From the NCBI GenBank assembly GCA_028534125.1, contig CM052832.1, positions 14,758,001-14,822,000 on the forward strand: a DNA stretch of 64,000 nt, written 5' to 3'. The first letter of the stretch is position 1. Every line of letters begins with the position of its first letter. The notes beneath the pieces were generated by a model. That model searched no databases. It was given only the letters and a program-made list of their open reading frames with translations, and was not told the DNA's origin. A program made the translations under genes and the position numbers. This stretch comes from Lama glama. Lineage: Eukaryota. Below, piece by piece: positions 1 to 12,630 of this stretch.

Positions 1-1350
1 GAGTACCCCATTCCCAAGCAGAGCAGATGGGAGTCCCTGCCAGGTGCCCAGGCCACCCCAAGCCCAAGCAGGGGCTCACGATAGCTTTTTGTCTGGGGGC
101 CCTGTTAGGCCCAGACTTCTGCTACTGTTGGTGCCAACCTCCTGGACACCACCACCCTGGAGCCTACACATGCCCAGCCGTTTTCCTCACTAGATAGCCT
201 CAGAGCGTCACATCTTCAGCTGCCCTGGTGGGATCGTGGGAAGCTTTCCATCCCCTGGTTTCCTGGTTTCCTGGCTTCCTCATCTGCCCCACACTAGGCG
301 CCCCTTCCCCTTCCCAGGAGGGGCTGCCTGCCATGATTCAGCAGTGACTTCATAGGTCACCATCAGTGGGTCTGGCCCTGCCAGGGGAATCCTCTTCTCC
401 TCTTGCTTGTAGGCAGCTTCACCCAGCAAGGTAATTGGCCCAAGCACGTTAGCTTCCCTCCCAAAGACAAACCATTTCTGTACACGTCTTTGGAGAGGTG
501 AGCTCCTTGCTGAGGCCAGAGCAAGCGCAAGCCATGGAGTAGGAGCGGAAGGAGTCTGTGGTTCCCCCAGGACCTGGAGGCTGTCAGTACCCTTGATCCT
601 GCCTCCTCCCATTGGTTTAGGTTCTGAGCAACTCCTCGAGCCCCTCCTCTCCCCTGCTGAGTTGGGCAGCATAGGCTACCCTCTCAGCCTCAGTGGTCTC
701 AGTTCCTCTTAGGCTCCTCATCAAATGGCAGGCTGCCCCTGGGCAGGACTTCCAGTGTCTGGTACCCATGAGGTGACACAAGCAGCATCCTTAAGGACCT
801 GAGCCCAGTGGGGGAGGTAGAGGGGCTCAGGCCCGTGTGCATGGAGTGAGGTATGTGTGGATCTGTGTGCACGCGTGCATGCCTTTATTTCTTTTTGCCT
901 TGGGGGCAGTTGAATTCGGGGCATTTTTCTACAAGAAACAGCCTTCTCTTCCCCCAACAAGGACTGGCTGTAACCTTAAGTCCGTCGAAGGCACTTCCAG
1001 CCTGGAGAGAACCTCACCAAGACAGCTGTGGCCAAGGTGGGAAGTGGGTATGAGAATAAACACCTCCCCAAATTCAACCTGAGCCCTAGCAGGAGAGGAT
1101 GGTGGGGTTGCCAGGGCTCAGAAATGGAAGCTGATTCCCCACCCCACCCTGCCTTGTCTTTTTTTTTTTATCCTTGGGTGAATGCTGGAGCAGCAATTGC
1201 TGCTTCCTCCACCTGGACAGTGGTGTGTAGCAAGCAAGCTGGGTGGTTGTTTGTGGTGGGGCCTCGTGGTGCCTGGGAGGAGATGAAGATGAGGAGGTTT
1301 TTCCTTACTGTATAAATGAATATTTGTATGATTAAATTAACACACACCAA
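1..1350 (+). other. ILRUN: Distal 3' UTR (terminal exon) of the upstream gene, probably ILRUN/C6orf106
   Basis: Repeat-free non-coding sequence ending in TGTA...ATTAAA, followed by a GU/U-rich element. Identity is inferred only from the known mammalian gene order ILRUN-SPDEF-PACSIN1 (ILRUN co-oriented with SPDEF). No ILRUN coding exon is in the window. Confidence 0.6.
1331..1336 (+). terminator. Poly(A) signal ATTAAA of the upstream gene
   Basis: ATTAAA preceded by TGTA (CFIm-type) motifs and followed by an A-rich tract and a GU/U-rich downstream element (ttttcttgtgtgtcagtgagttttattgtgtc, ~1379-1410). Confidence 0.65.
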
Positions 1351-3409
1351 AAAACAAACAAAAAAAAAACCAACCCTATTTTCTTGTGTGTCAGTGAGTT
1401 TTATTGTGTCCTGAAGCCCCTGTATGTCTGCTTGGTCCCAGGGTGGCTCTGATAATGCGATTTTTGGTTTCTCAGTCTCCTTTTGCAGAAGGGAAAACTG
1501 AGACCCTGACGTTCATTTTATGTTTGGGAAATCAGTCCTAGGGTTATAATTGGATCTGCTGCTCTTCCTGGCTTCCAGTGGCCAGAAAAGTGAAACTGCC
1601 TTCAATGGTCTTTAGGTCCCCAGGGTACCATGTGTCTAAGGAGCATTACTCTGTCCCCAGCACATAGGATGTACTGGTCAAGTTAATGTTGATCAGCCAG
1701 CAGGCATCACTTGGGCATTTACTGTTTGTCAGGCACATTGTGCAGGTACAGGAATAGCACAAGAAGAATGCAAAGCACTGTGGGCATCTTTCCTACTGGG
1801 AAAGCAGACAAAGCCAAGTTGGACAGTCCTTCAAAGTCCCAGCTGGGCCCCTGGCATCCTAGATTTAGAAGAGGGAATGCATCTTCCCTTGTGTGTTTCC
1901 CTTAGTGGTTCTGGTAGATTATGAACTACATAAGTTTTTGCGGACTAGCCTGGGAACCTGAGAGCCAGGTAGGGATCACACTCCAGGCAGTTGGCAAGCA
2001 AACTTGGAATCTGCCCCTGCGTACTTATGAGACAGTCCTATGACCTTGGCCAGGAGATAGGAAGGCAGGTTACACAGTGGTCAGATAGCATGAAAGAAAC
2101 TTAATTGACAAATATGGCAAATGGTGGGTTCACTGGGTCCATCCCTTCATGTCTGTAGCATTCTTAGGAGCTCAGAACTCAAGTTTGTCCTTAGTCACAT
2201 CATCACCGTTTCTGTGTTGAAGGGAAAGTGAAATCAGAGAGGGAAGGGAGTTGCTTATGTCTTACTGCTCAGACCCATGGCATTGGCTCCCAGATGCTGG
2301 CATTACACTTAATTGCAGACCCCCAGATTGGGCCTTCACCCTGGCTGGCATGGCTTTGTATTCTAAATGATGGTGGCCCTGGCAGTGAGCCAAGGGATCC
2401 AGGATTCAGTAGCTGGGGGAGGGGATTCCCTGGCCATCTTCCTGTAGGCAGCTCAGTGAGGGAACCTGTGGCCACAGATTGCACGAGACAAAGGAGGCAG
2501 CACAGAAGAACCCTGGTCTCTGCTTCAAAGCCCCAAGGTCTCTGTATAGCCTGACACAGAGCCCAGGGCTAGGGAGCCAGGAGGCTGGCCCAGAAACCCC
2601 TGTGGTGTGAGCACCCTTGCCTCTGCCCGCGGTGCGAACAGTGCACCTGCATCCTCCTTGCTTCCAAGTGCCCACGGTTATTTGTCCTCTGCAGAAGAGA
2701 GGCCCCCACCCTGTCACCTGGGTCTTCTGGCAGCTCAGACCCACTCCCAGGCCTTCCCCAACATCCCCACCGTTGCAGTTATTTGCTTGGCAGAAGCTGT
2801 TTGTCTTTGGGGCTGTAACCTGTCAAGAAGTTACCAGGCCCTGGGAGAAAGGAGCAGATTTGATGGTGGCTTCTGGCCTGAGCCATTCCCACGGGGGCTA
2901 GGTGACAGGGAGGGGGCTTTCAGCTGAGCTTTTGTCTAGGGGTGGGGGGTGTGGAGGCAGTTGCAGTGGTCTGGGCCCAGCCCTCCCTGCAGAGCAAATA
3001 GGTCCTCTCAAGTCACCTCCCTGCCCCAGCTCAGGTTGTACAAGGTGCCTCCCACCCTGTTCTTGAGAAGGCCCCTCCCTCACCTGCTTGCTGTGACCCG
3101 GACACTTTCCCAGGCACCACCTGATGTCCAGCCCTGTCTGGCGGCCAAGAGAACAGGCACAGAGGGCACTCATGCCTTTATTTCAAAAATGGGAGTGGAG
3201 CAGGGAGCAGGCGAGACTGCTTGAGACAGGGAGAAGTGTGAATTTGGGAGTCAGGGTGTCCAGAGAATGGCTTCTCTGACAGGCTAGCGTGACTGGTAAG
3301 TCTCGGATGCCTCCTCTATAAAATGAAGACGTTGTTTGGACTTGGGTGGAACTCACAGATTTTTAAAAATATCCTTTTTAGCCCTTAGTTCTGAGATGCT
3401 GTGATCTGG

Positions 3410-3555
3410 GGCATTGCTTCCCAAACTTGAATGTGTTAAAAGGGAAATTCTGATGTAGAAGATCCTGGGAAAGAGGGCAAGATTCTGTTTCTAACAAGCT
3501 CCCAAGTGAGTGGATGCTGCTGATCCTCAGATTCCTCAGACCACCCTTTGCGTGA
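3410..3555. mobile_element. Degenerate MER5-like hAT-Charlie DNA transposon fragment
   Basis: Motifs cttcccaaactt / attctgat / tttctaacaagctcccaagtga...gatgctgctg...accaccctttg resemble the MER5 consensus. Boundaries are approximate. Confidence 0.55.
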
Positions 3556-4249
3556 GGATAGTAAGGGTGGCCTGAAGGGGTTAACCCCTCGTCCACCTGG
3601 TCTGTGAAACTGAGCCAGATCTAGCCAGGGCTGTGTTGACCAGGTTCACTAGAGTTTGAAGGAGCTGAAGTCATTTAGAACAGTGATGTTCAAAATGTGG
3701 GCCAGGGTTCCCTAGCATTTCCCAGGATTTATTCAAGGCTGTGATTTCTAGCTTAAATATTACTTTTAGTGTGCTGCTTTTCCATCACAAACAACAAATG
3801 TCTGAATGTCCACTATAATTATGGTAATACTGGCTGACCAATTCCTATTAAACGACCTCATTTAATCCTCCCAACTGTCCAGATGAAGCAGGCTGGTGTG
3901 GTGCTCAGTTTGTGAAAAAGGAACTCTGAAGTGTCACGACGCCCGTGGTAATGGGAGTGCAGGCTGGGAGTATGGAGTAAGCAACCTTAGCTTAGCCCAG
4001 GAGTATCTGGGGGGCTTCTCTTCACTTAAGGACCTGAAGGATGGAGAGATGGGAATGGGATGGAGGAAACAGCTTGTGAGAAGATGGGAGAGAAGATGGT
4101 GTACTTGAGACACTGAAAGGACATCAGCACCACCATGGGGAATATTCCTTCCGGAATCTGTAATCTAGAGGGGGAAGTGTAGGAGAATATGGGCTCCTAG
4201 TTCCTTCCCTGGCCCAGTCGGGGAGAGCTCTGCTGACCTTGCCCCTTTG

Positions 4250-5200
4250 CAGTGCATTTACTCATTCATCTATTGGACATCATTTCCCTGCCAGGCATTA
4301 TTTTAGGTGCTGGAGATACAGCAGAAACCCAGAGAGGCAAAACCCCCTACCCTTATAGAGCTGTCATTCTAGTCCAGGTAGACAGACGATTAAGAAGATG
4401 TAATGTGTCAAGAGGTGAGAGGTGGTGTGGAGAGAAAGCAAAGGCCAGGGAGTGCTAATGAGGCAGAGAGGGTTGCTGTTTTACACAGGGCAGTCAGAGA
4501 AGCCTTACTAATGTGCACAAAGCCTTGTGGGTATCTGGGTTAAGAACATTCCAGGCAGAGAGAACAGCGTGTGTAAAGGCCCTGAGGCAGGAGCTTGGCT
4601 GCTGTACAGTGAGCGAGAAGAGTAATAAGAGGTGAAGTGAGGAGAGGGGTGAGGTGGGGGCTCAGGTCACATGGGCCCTTGATGTGACTCAGACTGGAGT
4701 CACTGAAGGGTTGTGAGCACAGGGAGGGAGGGACACATCTGACATCCTTTGAAAGATCCATCTGGCTGCTGTGTTGAGAATAAACTTGGGGGGGGGGACA
4801 AGGGCAGAAGCAGTGAGATAGATCTGTGTTTACTGGGTGGTGTCAGTGGAGGTGGTGAGAAGAGGTTAGATGCTCAAAACATTTTGAAATTTGAGCCAAC
4901 AGTATTTGCTGATGGGTTAGATGTTGAATGAGACAACTCCTGAAATTGGGACCTGAACAGCTAGAATCTACTAGACAGGTGAGTTACCTAAGAAGTATGA
5001 CTGCATGAGGAGCAGGCTTGGGGTAGAAATCAGGAATGAATTTGGGGCTGTTCGGTGTGAGATGCCTGTTATGTATTGGCAGGTGAATATACAAGTCTGC
5101 AGTTTAGTGGGGAGATTGGGGCAGGGGATGTGATGTGGGCGCCATCAGCGATTAGATGTAATTAAAAGCCTCAGGACTAGATGAGATCATCAAAGGACTG
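4250..5200 (-). mobile_element. LINE-2 (L2) fragment
   Basis: Begins with the reverse-complement L2 tail (catttactcattcatc...ccaggcatt...taggtgctggagataca) and continues with typical L2 3' body (agaacattccaggcagagagaacagc...aaaggccctgaggcagga...). Confidence 0.75.
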
Positions 5201-5958
5201 CCAGCGGGTCTGACCTCATGTGTCACACACTCCCTCAAAGTCTGCTGGTTGTCCCAGCTCACTCTGCGATGATCTTCTCTGACCAAGAAGACCCCTCTTC
5301 AGACTCAGACTCATGGCTGTGGTTGACCTCTCTCCTGTCCTGGCAGTTCTGATTCTGTCCCCAGACCCTTGTGTCCCAGCCTCTCTCTGCTGGTCACTCT
5401 TGCAGACGCTTATGGAGCAAACAAGAAGCTAGGTACACCCAGGGGTGGCCCCCACCCAGGAGCCATGAGGCAGGGGCCTGGAGGAGTGAAGCCGAAGCCC
5501 CAATAGGTCATAGTTCCTGTGGTCCTGTCCTCTTAAGGACAGTCTAGGGCCCTGGAGCCGAGTTCTGGGAATTCCTCCGGCTGGGCTGCGGGGAAGGGGA
5601 GAAGTCTGAGAGAAGAGGGGGGCTGCATCTGATTGAGGGCCCAAGGAGAGAGCCTGTGGGGCCATGCTCACCGGCACCAAGCCCGCAGCCCTGGTCAGCA
5701 GCCAAGACACCCACGATCCCTGAAAGACTGGGCTGTCGCTGCTTGAGGCCTCTGAGCAACAGAGGCCCCCACACCTAGAGGGCAGCCGGACAGCAAGGGC
5801 CAGGGAGGGATTGCGGCTGAGCTGTGAAGGATGTCTTCGCAGGGTGTGGCTGCCCTGAGCTATGTTGTAGGTAGGAAGGGGAATGTGTGGAGGGCAAAAG
5901 TAGTCCCTTAGGGGTGCTGGTAGGCTGGCCACCTCAGAGCTGGTACAGGGTGGGCCCA

Positions 5959-5977
5959 TGGCCAGCAGAGGGCACCA
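5959..5977 (+). promoter_or_regulatory. CTCF motif
   Basis: TGGCCAGCAGAGGGCACCA; the core CCAGCAGAGGGCAC fits CCASYAGRKGGCRS exactly. Binding is not demonstrated. Confidence 0.6.
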
Positions 5978-8252
5978 CATGGCCCAGGCCTTGTCTGGAA
6001 AAGATGGACACTGCCCTGGCCTGGCTGCTCCTGCCAGTGTGTTTTCCAAATCCCCACTCCTCCAGGGCAAGTGTTACCTCTGGCTCTCCACTCCAGGTAG
6101 GTGAACTTAGCTCTACTGCTTCTCTGCTGTGTGACTGCTCAGTTTATTTAACCATTCAGAAGCTCAGTATCCCAATCTGTAAATAAGGACAGTTCTTTTT
6201 CCAGAGGTGTCATCAGAATTAAAATCCTTCATAAAAGTTTAGCATTGTATACATGCTGGTGAGTGTCCAGTACGCGATGACCATTGTTAGATTTTTGTGA
6301 CCTGCCAGATATGGGGGGGTCTGGGCTCCTGCAGAGAGAGGACTGGGACACTGGGCATTTGGGAAGCAGAGTCCAAAATATCTGTAGTCTGCTCAGGAGT
6401 CTATCCCTGGACCACAGCCCTTATTTCCAGTGATTCCTTGCTTTGTGCGTATTTCTTGGTTTGGGGTAGACATTCTGGAAGAGAGTCTAATTTCCTCTAA
6501 GAAGAGACTCTAGCGGGAGGGGCTGTCCTCAGTGACTGCATACAGTAGGCTTGTTCAGTAAAGAAATGAACAAATGTGTGAGAGAGACTAGGAGAGACTG
6601 TCCTGTGCCGGACTGGCCTGATTTCTGGAGGTGGACGCTGCCCAGCCCAGACCCCAGACAGTGGCAGGGGCCCCTAAGAGGGGTAGGGGAGTCACAAGTG
6701 TGCTCGAGATTGAGAAAGACAGCCCAGAAACCTATGCCTGGGAACTGGTTTGGCCACTATGGATTACCACTTCCGAGGGCGGAGCATTGGGGCTAACACA
6801 TTTGCTTCCAGGTGCCTTCAAGGGCCCATATCAGTACCAGGGCCAGGGATGCAGGCCAGGCCACAGGTGGGCACCATAGTGACATACACATCCCATCCTC
6901 ATGGCATGTAATTACTGGTGTCACATGGCTCCCCAATCCTTGGAGCACCTCCAGCTCTTGCTTTCACGCTGTTGCCGTCACTTACCTCTCTCTTCCCACA
7001 CATCCTGGCTTCCTGATAGTTGAGCACACTTTAACCAGGAGCCTTGGGGGGGGTGCCCACATAGAGCTGGTGAGTTTGGGGGAGTTGTTACCAAGGTGGG
7101 TCAGGAGGGCTGTCTGTTGAGCCCCTACCAGTCCCCCTGATATGGGTCATCCAGGGCTGACAAAGACATATGTCCCTGTTGGGGAGACAGGACCTAGGAG
7201 ATGGGAGAATTGCGCACTGGTGGGGAATGAGTAGGGTCAGGGTTCTTGAGTGAAGCCCATGGTAAATATGCCACACAGGAGGATCTGAGAGAGCCAGGCC
7301 TCTCTCCATCCAGTGCCTTGGGTTGGGGACAGTGACCATTCAGAGCATCCCCATACATGAGACCAGGAACAGCCTGAGAGCCCATCTGGAGGGAGCACTG
7401 CCTTCATGAGTCCCACAGCCAGTTTGAGCCACACTCATCTGAGGCTCTCTCCAGGACACCTGAGCCAGCAGGGAGAGCCAGGGTCCCCCAGGGAAGAGAA
7501 AGAATCAGTGGTTGAGAAACAGGAAACAACTCCAGCTGACTCTGATCCCTAAGCCAGGCAGCCTGGCTCGGCTGGGGGTGGTCCAGTGGGGTCCAATCAC
7601 GGTGGTGGTGGTTGGCCCGGAGGGGAGACAGCATTGATTCTGGGGACTTGTTTGCATGGAGTGAAGAGGAATTTGCATCTTTAAGAAGTTACAACTGTGG
7701 GAAGGGAATGGGTGCTAAGAGCTGTTAGCCAGGCCTTCCATTGCCACCTCCCTCCCTCGGGATGGAGTGGGTGTTGGGGAGCAGGCTCTCTGCCAAACGA
7801 CCCCCACCTCACCTGGTGTGAGGAGCACAGCTGAGTCCCAGCACCATTGGCTCAGCATTCAGGCTTTGTCCTGTGTGGAACACACAGGTTCAGAGAAACA
7901 GAGCCATCTGCATAGCTGCACATGCATGCACACATTCAGTGTGAAATTCAACATACATGTTGAGTTCTGTGCACCACGCACATGCACAGGAACCTGTGTT
8001 CACACAACACTCAGGCATCCATCTACTGACACAGGTGCCAACTCATGACCTTAGTCCATACACTGACACACCACCTCACCCTTGGGGTCATGTAATCTCA
8101 CACCAGTATGTGCCCACAGAAAAGTTCACACCCATATGCACGCGTTCATACTTAATAATAGTTGATTTTTTTACTGGTTTTCCCCTATAAGTCAGACATT
8201 TAAAGTTCTTTCTATTCCATCCTCACAACCACCTTCTGAAGTGAGTACTATT

Positions 8253-8448
8253 TTTTCTATGTTAATAATGTACTTTACATGCAGTAAGAAAAAGGAAACT
8301 TATGGGTTTAGCTTGATGAACTCTTTTTAACCACGCATTGTATAACCGTCGTCCAGGTCAAGATCTAGAACATGTCCAGCACCCCAGCAGCCTCCTGTGT
8401 GTGCTTTCCCAATCAACAGCCCACACAAGAGAAGCCAATGTCCTGTTA
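8253..8448 (-). mobile_element. Ancient L1 (L1M-type) 3' fragment nested in a MIR
   Basis: L1M 3' UTR-like text (ccaggtcaagatctagaacatgtccagcaccccagcagcctcct) lies between two halves of a minus-strand MIR, flanked by an imperfect 14-bp direct repeat. Confidence 0.6.
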
Positions 8449-8887
8449 AGGTAAGTACCATTGTTATTCCCATTTAAGAGCTGAGAAAACTGAGGCTCAG
8501 ACCCACAGACTAAGCAGTGGCCAGACTGGAAGCTCTCTTACTGCAGACTACCACACTCCATAAATACCCATTCTTGTACACATGCACACCCTCACATTAA
8601 TAAAGGGCTACAATACCAAAAGGGGTGGAAGGGCCTATTTTGTTTTTTCCATGAGGAAAGCAGCAGAGACAATTTAAGCTTGGTTTTCAGTCTGCCCTTA
8701 AAAGGGCACAACTTGGCTCATCAAAGATCAGTGAACTCTGTGAGCTCAAGGGCTGCAGCTCATGCCCTGGGGCATAGTTTATCCATGGGGCAGGGGACAC
8801 ATTCGAGGACACTTCTGCACTAGAAGAAGCCATTCAAGATTTCCTTTGTGCCCTACATCAGTGGAAGCATTCTTGGTGAAGCTTGAC

Positions 8888-9225
8888 ATTCATTCATTCA
8901 TTCATGCATTCAGTTAATAAATACGTAGTGTACCTACCTTGTGCCCAGCCCTGTCCTAGGTGCTGAGGATGCAACAGGGAAACAGATGCAAAATATCCCT
9001 GCATCACGGAGCTGACATACAGTGAAATATATGGTATACTGGGTAATGAAAAGGGATATGGAGAAACAGAAGAGGATAGGGAAGGGGTGGGCAACTTTAA
9101 ACAGGAGGTCAGGGAGGTCCCCACTGAGAAGGTGATCTTTGAGGAAGGATGTAAAGCACCTGGGGGAGTGCTCATTGTGGATATCTGGTAGAAGAGCATT
9201 CCAAGCAAGGAGAATGGCCAAAATA
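8888..9225 (-). mobile_element. LINE-2 (L2) 3' end
   Basis: (CATT)n tail followed by gtgcccagccctgtcctaggtgctgaggatgca...agggaggtccccactgagaaggtgatctttgag. Confidence 0.75.
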
Positions 9226-9974
9226 AAGCAAAAAAGATGGCACCCACTGTGTTTAGATGCCAATTGTGGGTTATGTGAAATGCAGACTCTGGCATCTGCC
9301 CCCTCTCTTAGTGCTGTGTGACTTTGGTGGAGCCACTCTTCCTCTCTGAGCTGTCTCTTCACCCACATGATATGAGGCTTACAAAATGAGCTTCCCTGTC
9401 CACCTGAGCACTCTGTGTCCTCAAGGACCTGCCCTAACCAGTGGAGGATCTATAGTTACCCAAGCTCAGGGCCTGGCAGAGTTCCACAGCAATGCCTCTG
9501 GCCCAGCCACCCTTACTCCATGGCTGGCCACAGCCTCAGTCCAGGGCCCTGATACCTCTAGATGCAGTGGCCAGGGATGGCAGTAGGGGAGGCCCTGACA
9601 GTTCCTGGATATTAGAGCATTTTCAAATATTGGCTCTGTGTATTTGGGAGAATGAGGTGACATTGCTGGGGATTTGTATGTGCCTGGTCATATGTTTATC
9701 TGCAAGTTTATTGTTGAGAGGAACAGTGGATGAGTCTAGGGTCCCTTCAGATGCCACCCTCCCTGGACACTCTCAGGTCTTCTAGAGGACCTCACTCCTG
9801 GGTATCCTCTGATCTCCTCCCAGGGTTCGCTTCAAATTTAGGCCCTGTTCTCCTTCCCTTCAACCCCATAGCTTCTCAAAGTGCACCTTAAGGGAAATGG
9901 TTGCCCAAGACCATCTCAATGAAGAAGGAGGCAAGGGAGATATTGACAGACCCTCCAGGGTCATTTAGGAGTTG

Positions 9975-10380
9975 CAGTCAGCTATAAGTAATAGTCCTGA
10001 AAGACAAGTGGCTTAAACAAGATAGGGATTTATTTTCCTCTCCTTAAATGTAAAGCCTGAAGGTAATTACAGGGCTGGCTTCCATCCTCAAGGCCTCCTC
10101 ATGGTCACAGTGTGGCCTCCTCATGGTCACAATATAGTCACCACAGCTTCAGCCATCACATCCCAGTTCTAGGCACAAAGGAGGAAAGACTAAATCGGTC
10201 CTCTTTTAAAGGAACTGTCCTGGAATCCCTACCCAACAACTTAATTTATATCCCATTGGCCAGAACTTGGTTAACTGTTCCTTCCATCACCAAGGAATGC
10301 TGACATGATTTCATCCAAGATAATTAGGATCCCATTAGTAAGAAAGGAGAGAATGGGTATTGGGGAGGCAACTAGCCCTC
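9975..10380 (-). mobile_element. Old MaLR LTR (MLT1-type) fragment
   Basis: agtggcttaaacaagatagggatttattt...cctcatggtcaca...cccattggccagaacttgg...gagaatgggtattggggaggcaactag, typical of old MLT1 LTRs. Subfamily uncertain. Confidence 0.65.
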
Positions 10381-12549
10381 TCTTCCCTATATATGCCATG
10401 CACTCTTCCATTTCTGTTCCTTAAAAAGCTCATCTGTTCTACCTGTGGAGCCCTCTACCCTCACCCTCATTTTTACTGGTAAGGAGCCCACAGCACATTT
10501 TCTGAACCTGTTGGGGTTACCATAATAGAAGCCCCCCAGGGTTGCTCAAGTGAAAGGGGGAGTCTGGAGTCAATTTTAAGAACACAAAATAGGATCCTAT
10601 AGTGTCCATCACAGGGGAGGGGCAGGGCCCACTCGCCTGCTCAGCAGAAATCAGAGCTGGGGACACAGCAGTGGATAAGCCAGGCCAGTCCCTGCCTCCA
10701 AGGACCTGACATTGTAATGGGGAGAGATAGTCATCATAGAGACCAAAACCTAAATATCATCGCAGGCTGCCCTAAGTACCAAGAAGATAAATCAGGGAAA
10801 GGTGGTAGACAGAGATTAAGCAGATCGTCAGGGAGCATCAGGCACCCAGTCGGCACTTGGTAAGTGTGTGTTGAGTGTAGCCCTTAGGAAAATGGCCCGG
10901 AATCCAAAGGCTGTAGACCCTTGAGGGGCAGAGGGTGGAACAGAGCTCCAAGTGGAACACCCCAGGCAGGGGTCAGGTACTGGGGCTCTCTGCTCAGGGG
11001 CTGGCCCAAGCCTGTAAAAGAGACAAAGAAAGGTCACAGAGGTGTGTGGGTAGGGGAGAACCCTGCATCAGCACTGAAGCTGTTGAGATAAGATGCTGGA
11101 TCCAGACACCTAGCAAATGCCAAGGTCCAAGACTGGTCCCTGTGGTCCACAGCCATCCTCTCTAGCAGGCTGGGTGCCAGGTGTGCGGCTGAATAATGGA
11201 CTCTGGGAGGCCTGACGAAGGAGACGGGGCCTCCTCTCCCCACACACCCTCACACCCCAGGCAGACCCTCCTGGCAGCCCACTGGGCTTGGAGGGGAGCC
11301 AGCTGTGCCCCCAAACTGGCCACGTGAGAGAAGTAGCTGTCACCACTGGGGCAGAGACTATGCCCTGAGCACCCTTCGTGGAGAAAGTGGGCTCTGTGCT
11401 GGTGAAGGAAGAACAGGCTGGCTTCCCAACTTGTCCTTTCCTGCAAGTCGTGCTGCCTGAGACCTTGTCTCTCACCATAACATCTTGGAGACCCGAGGAA
11501 GATCAAACAAACTCCACACCTAGTAGCTGAGGCCTGATACTGCTAAAGGGGTTGACGCTGCTACTGAGCAGCAATACCTTACATGCATGTGTGCTGCCTT
11601 CTCTCCCCCTCCGCTGCCACGTGAGAAGACTGAGGCTCAGAGAGGAGGTGAACTTGCTCAGACTCACCCAGAGGAAAGGGGCAATGGCCAAGAGGAGAGG
11701 GCCAGAGCTGGATCCTGCAGTCAAGGGTCTTGGATGCCAGGGGAAGACTTAATCCTGTGGCAGCAGGGTGAGGGGTGATCAGCTATAAACGTGCATGATA
11801 AAAACACACACCCACATCCATCCCTGGGACTACTGTCCTCATGTCCTTCTGACAGTGTTCACAGGTGCACTCTCGCCTGCTTCTCCCATTGATTGTCCCA
11901 GAAGGTGTATATTATCAGGAAACTGAATGCTAAGGAAGTGGGGACCCTTGCCCAAGGTTTCAGGGCACCTGGGCCAGGTCCTCTGGTTCCAGGCCTGCCC
12001 TTGATGTCCAGCACCATGTGGCAGTGCTGAGATTCAGGTAGATGAGTAGGGCATAGGCTCCATGTCACTTACCAGGCCAGGTGTGACTTTGGGCAGTTCA
12101 CTGACCTGTTTGGCCTCAATGTCCCCACCCGTGAAATGAGGCTAGTTCCTGCTTCACGGGGTCTTCATCAGATTGTGCTTGGCTTGTGCCCGCCTGAGGC
12201 TCCCATCCTTCTCTTGGGGCCAGGCAACAGCTTGGGGGCAGTGCCCTAGTGCCCCCTTCCCTGCCCTGGCCCTGTGCCAGCTAGGCCCGCCCATGCCACG
12301 TCTTCCAGATGGCACCATAAAGCCATCTCCGAACCTGGGCTGCTCAGGAACAAACAGCCCTGCCCCGCCCCTCCCAAAAGACTACACCCCACTGGAGCCC
12401 TTACCAGCAGGATGCCACGTGCCTGGGGCCAGGGATGAGAGGCAGCCAAGGGCCAGGGCTGTAGTCTGTCCTTTCTGGGAAGGGGGAGGGGAAGCCAACC
12501 TGGAGACTGAGGCCAGGCAGGGACTGTGAGAATGGGCCTCAGGACACCT

Positions 12550-12630
12550 GTGACCCCCTCCCCTTTCTCTTCCTCATCCCCTTCCTGTCTCCCTCTCTCC
12601 TCTCTGTTCTCTGCTCTTCTTCCTCCTTCT
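12550..12630. repeat. CT-rich polypyrimidine low-complexity tract
   Basis: About 80 nt composed almost only of C/T on +. Confidence 0.6.

Noticed and set aside
254..280. (CCTGGTTT)x3 mini-repeat resembling tandem ETS sites
   Set aside because: Short slippage repeat within a 3' UTR with no supporting context.
5429..6070. 213-aa minus-strand ORF
   Set aside because: Low-complexity P/S/L/G/R composition typical of chance ORFs in GC-rich DNA, with no recognisable domain or splice structure.
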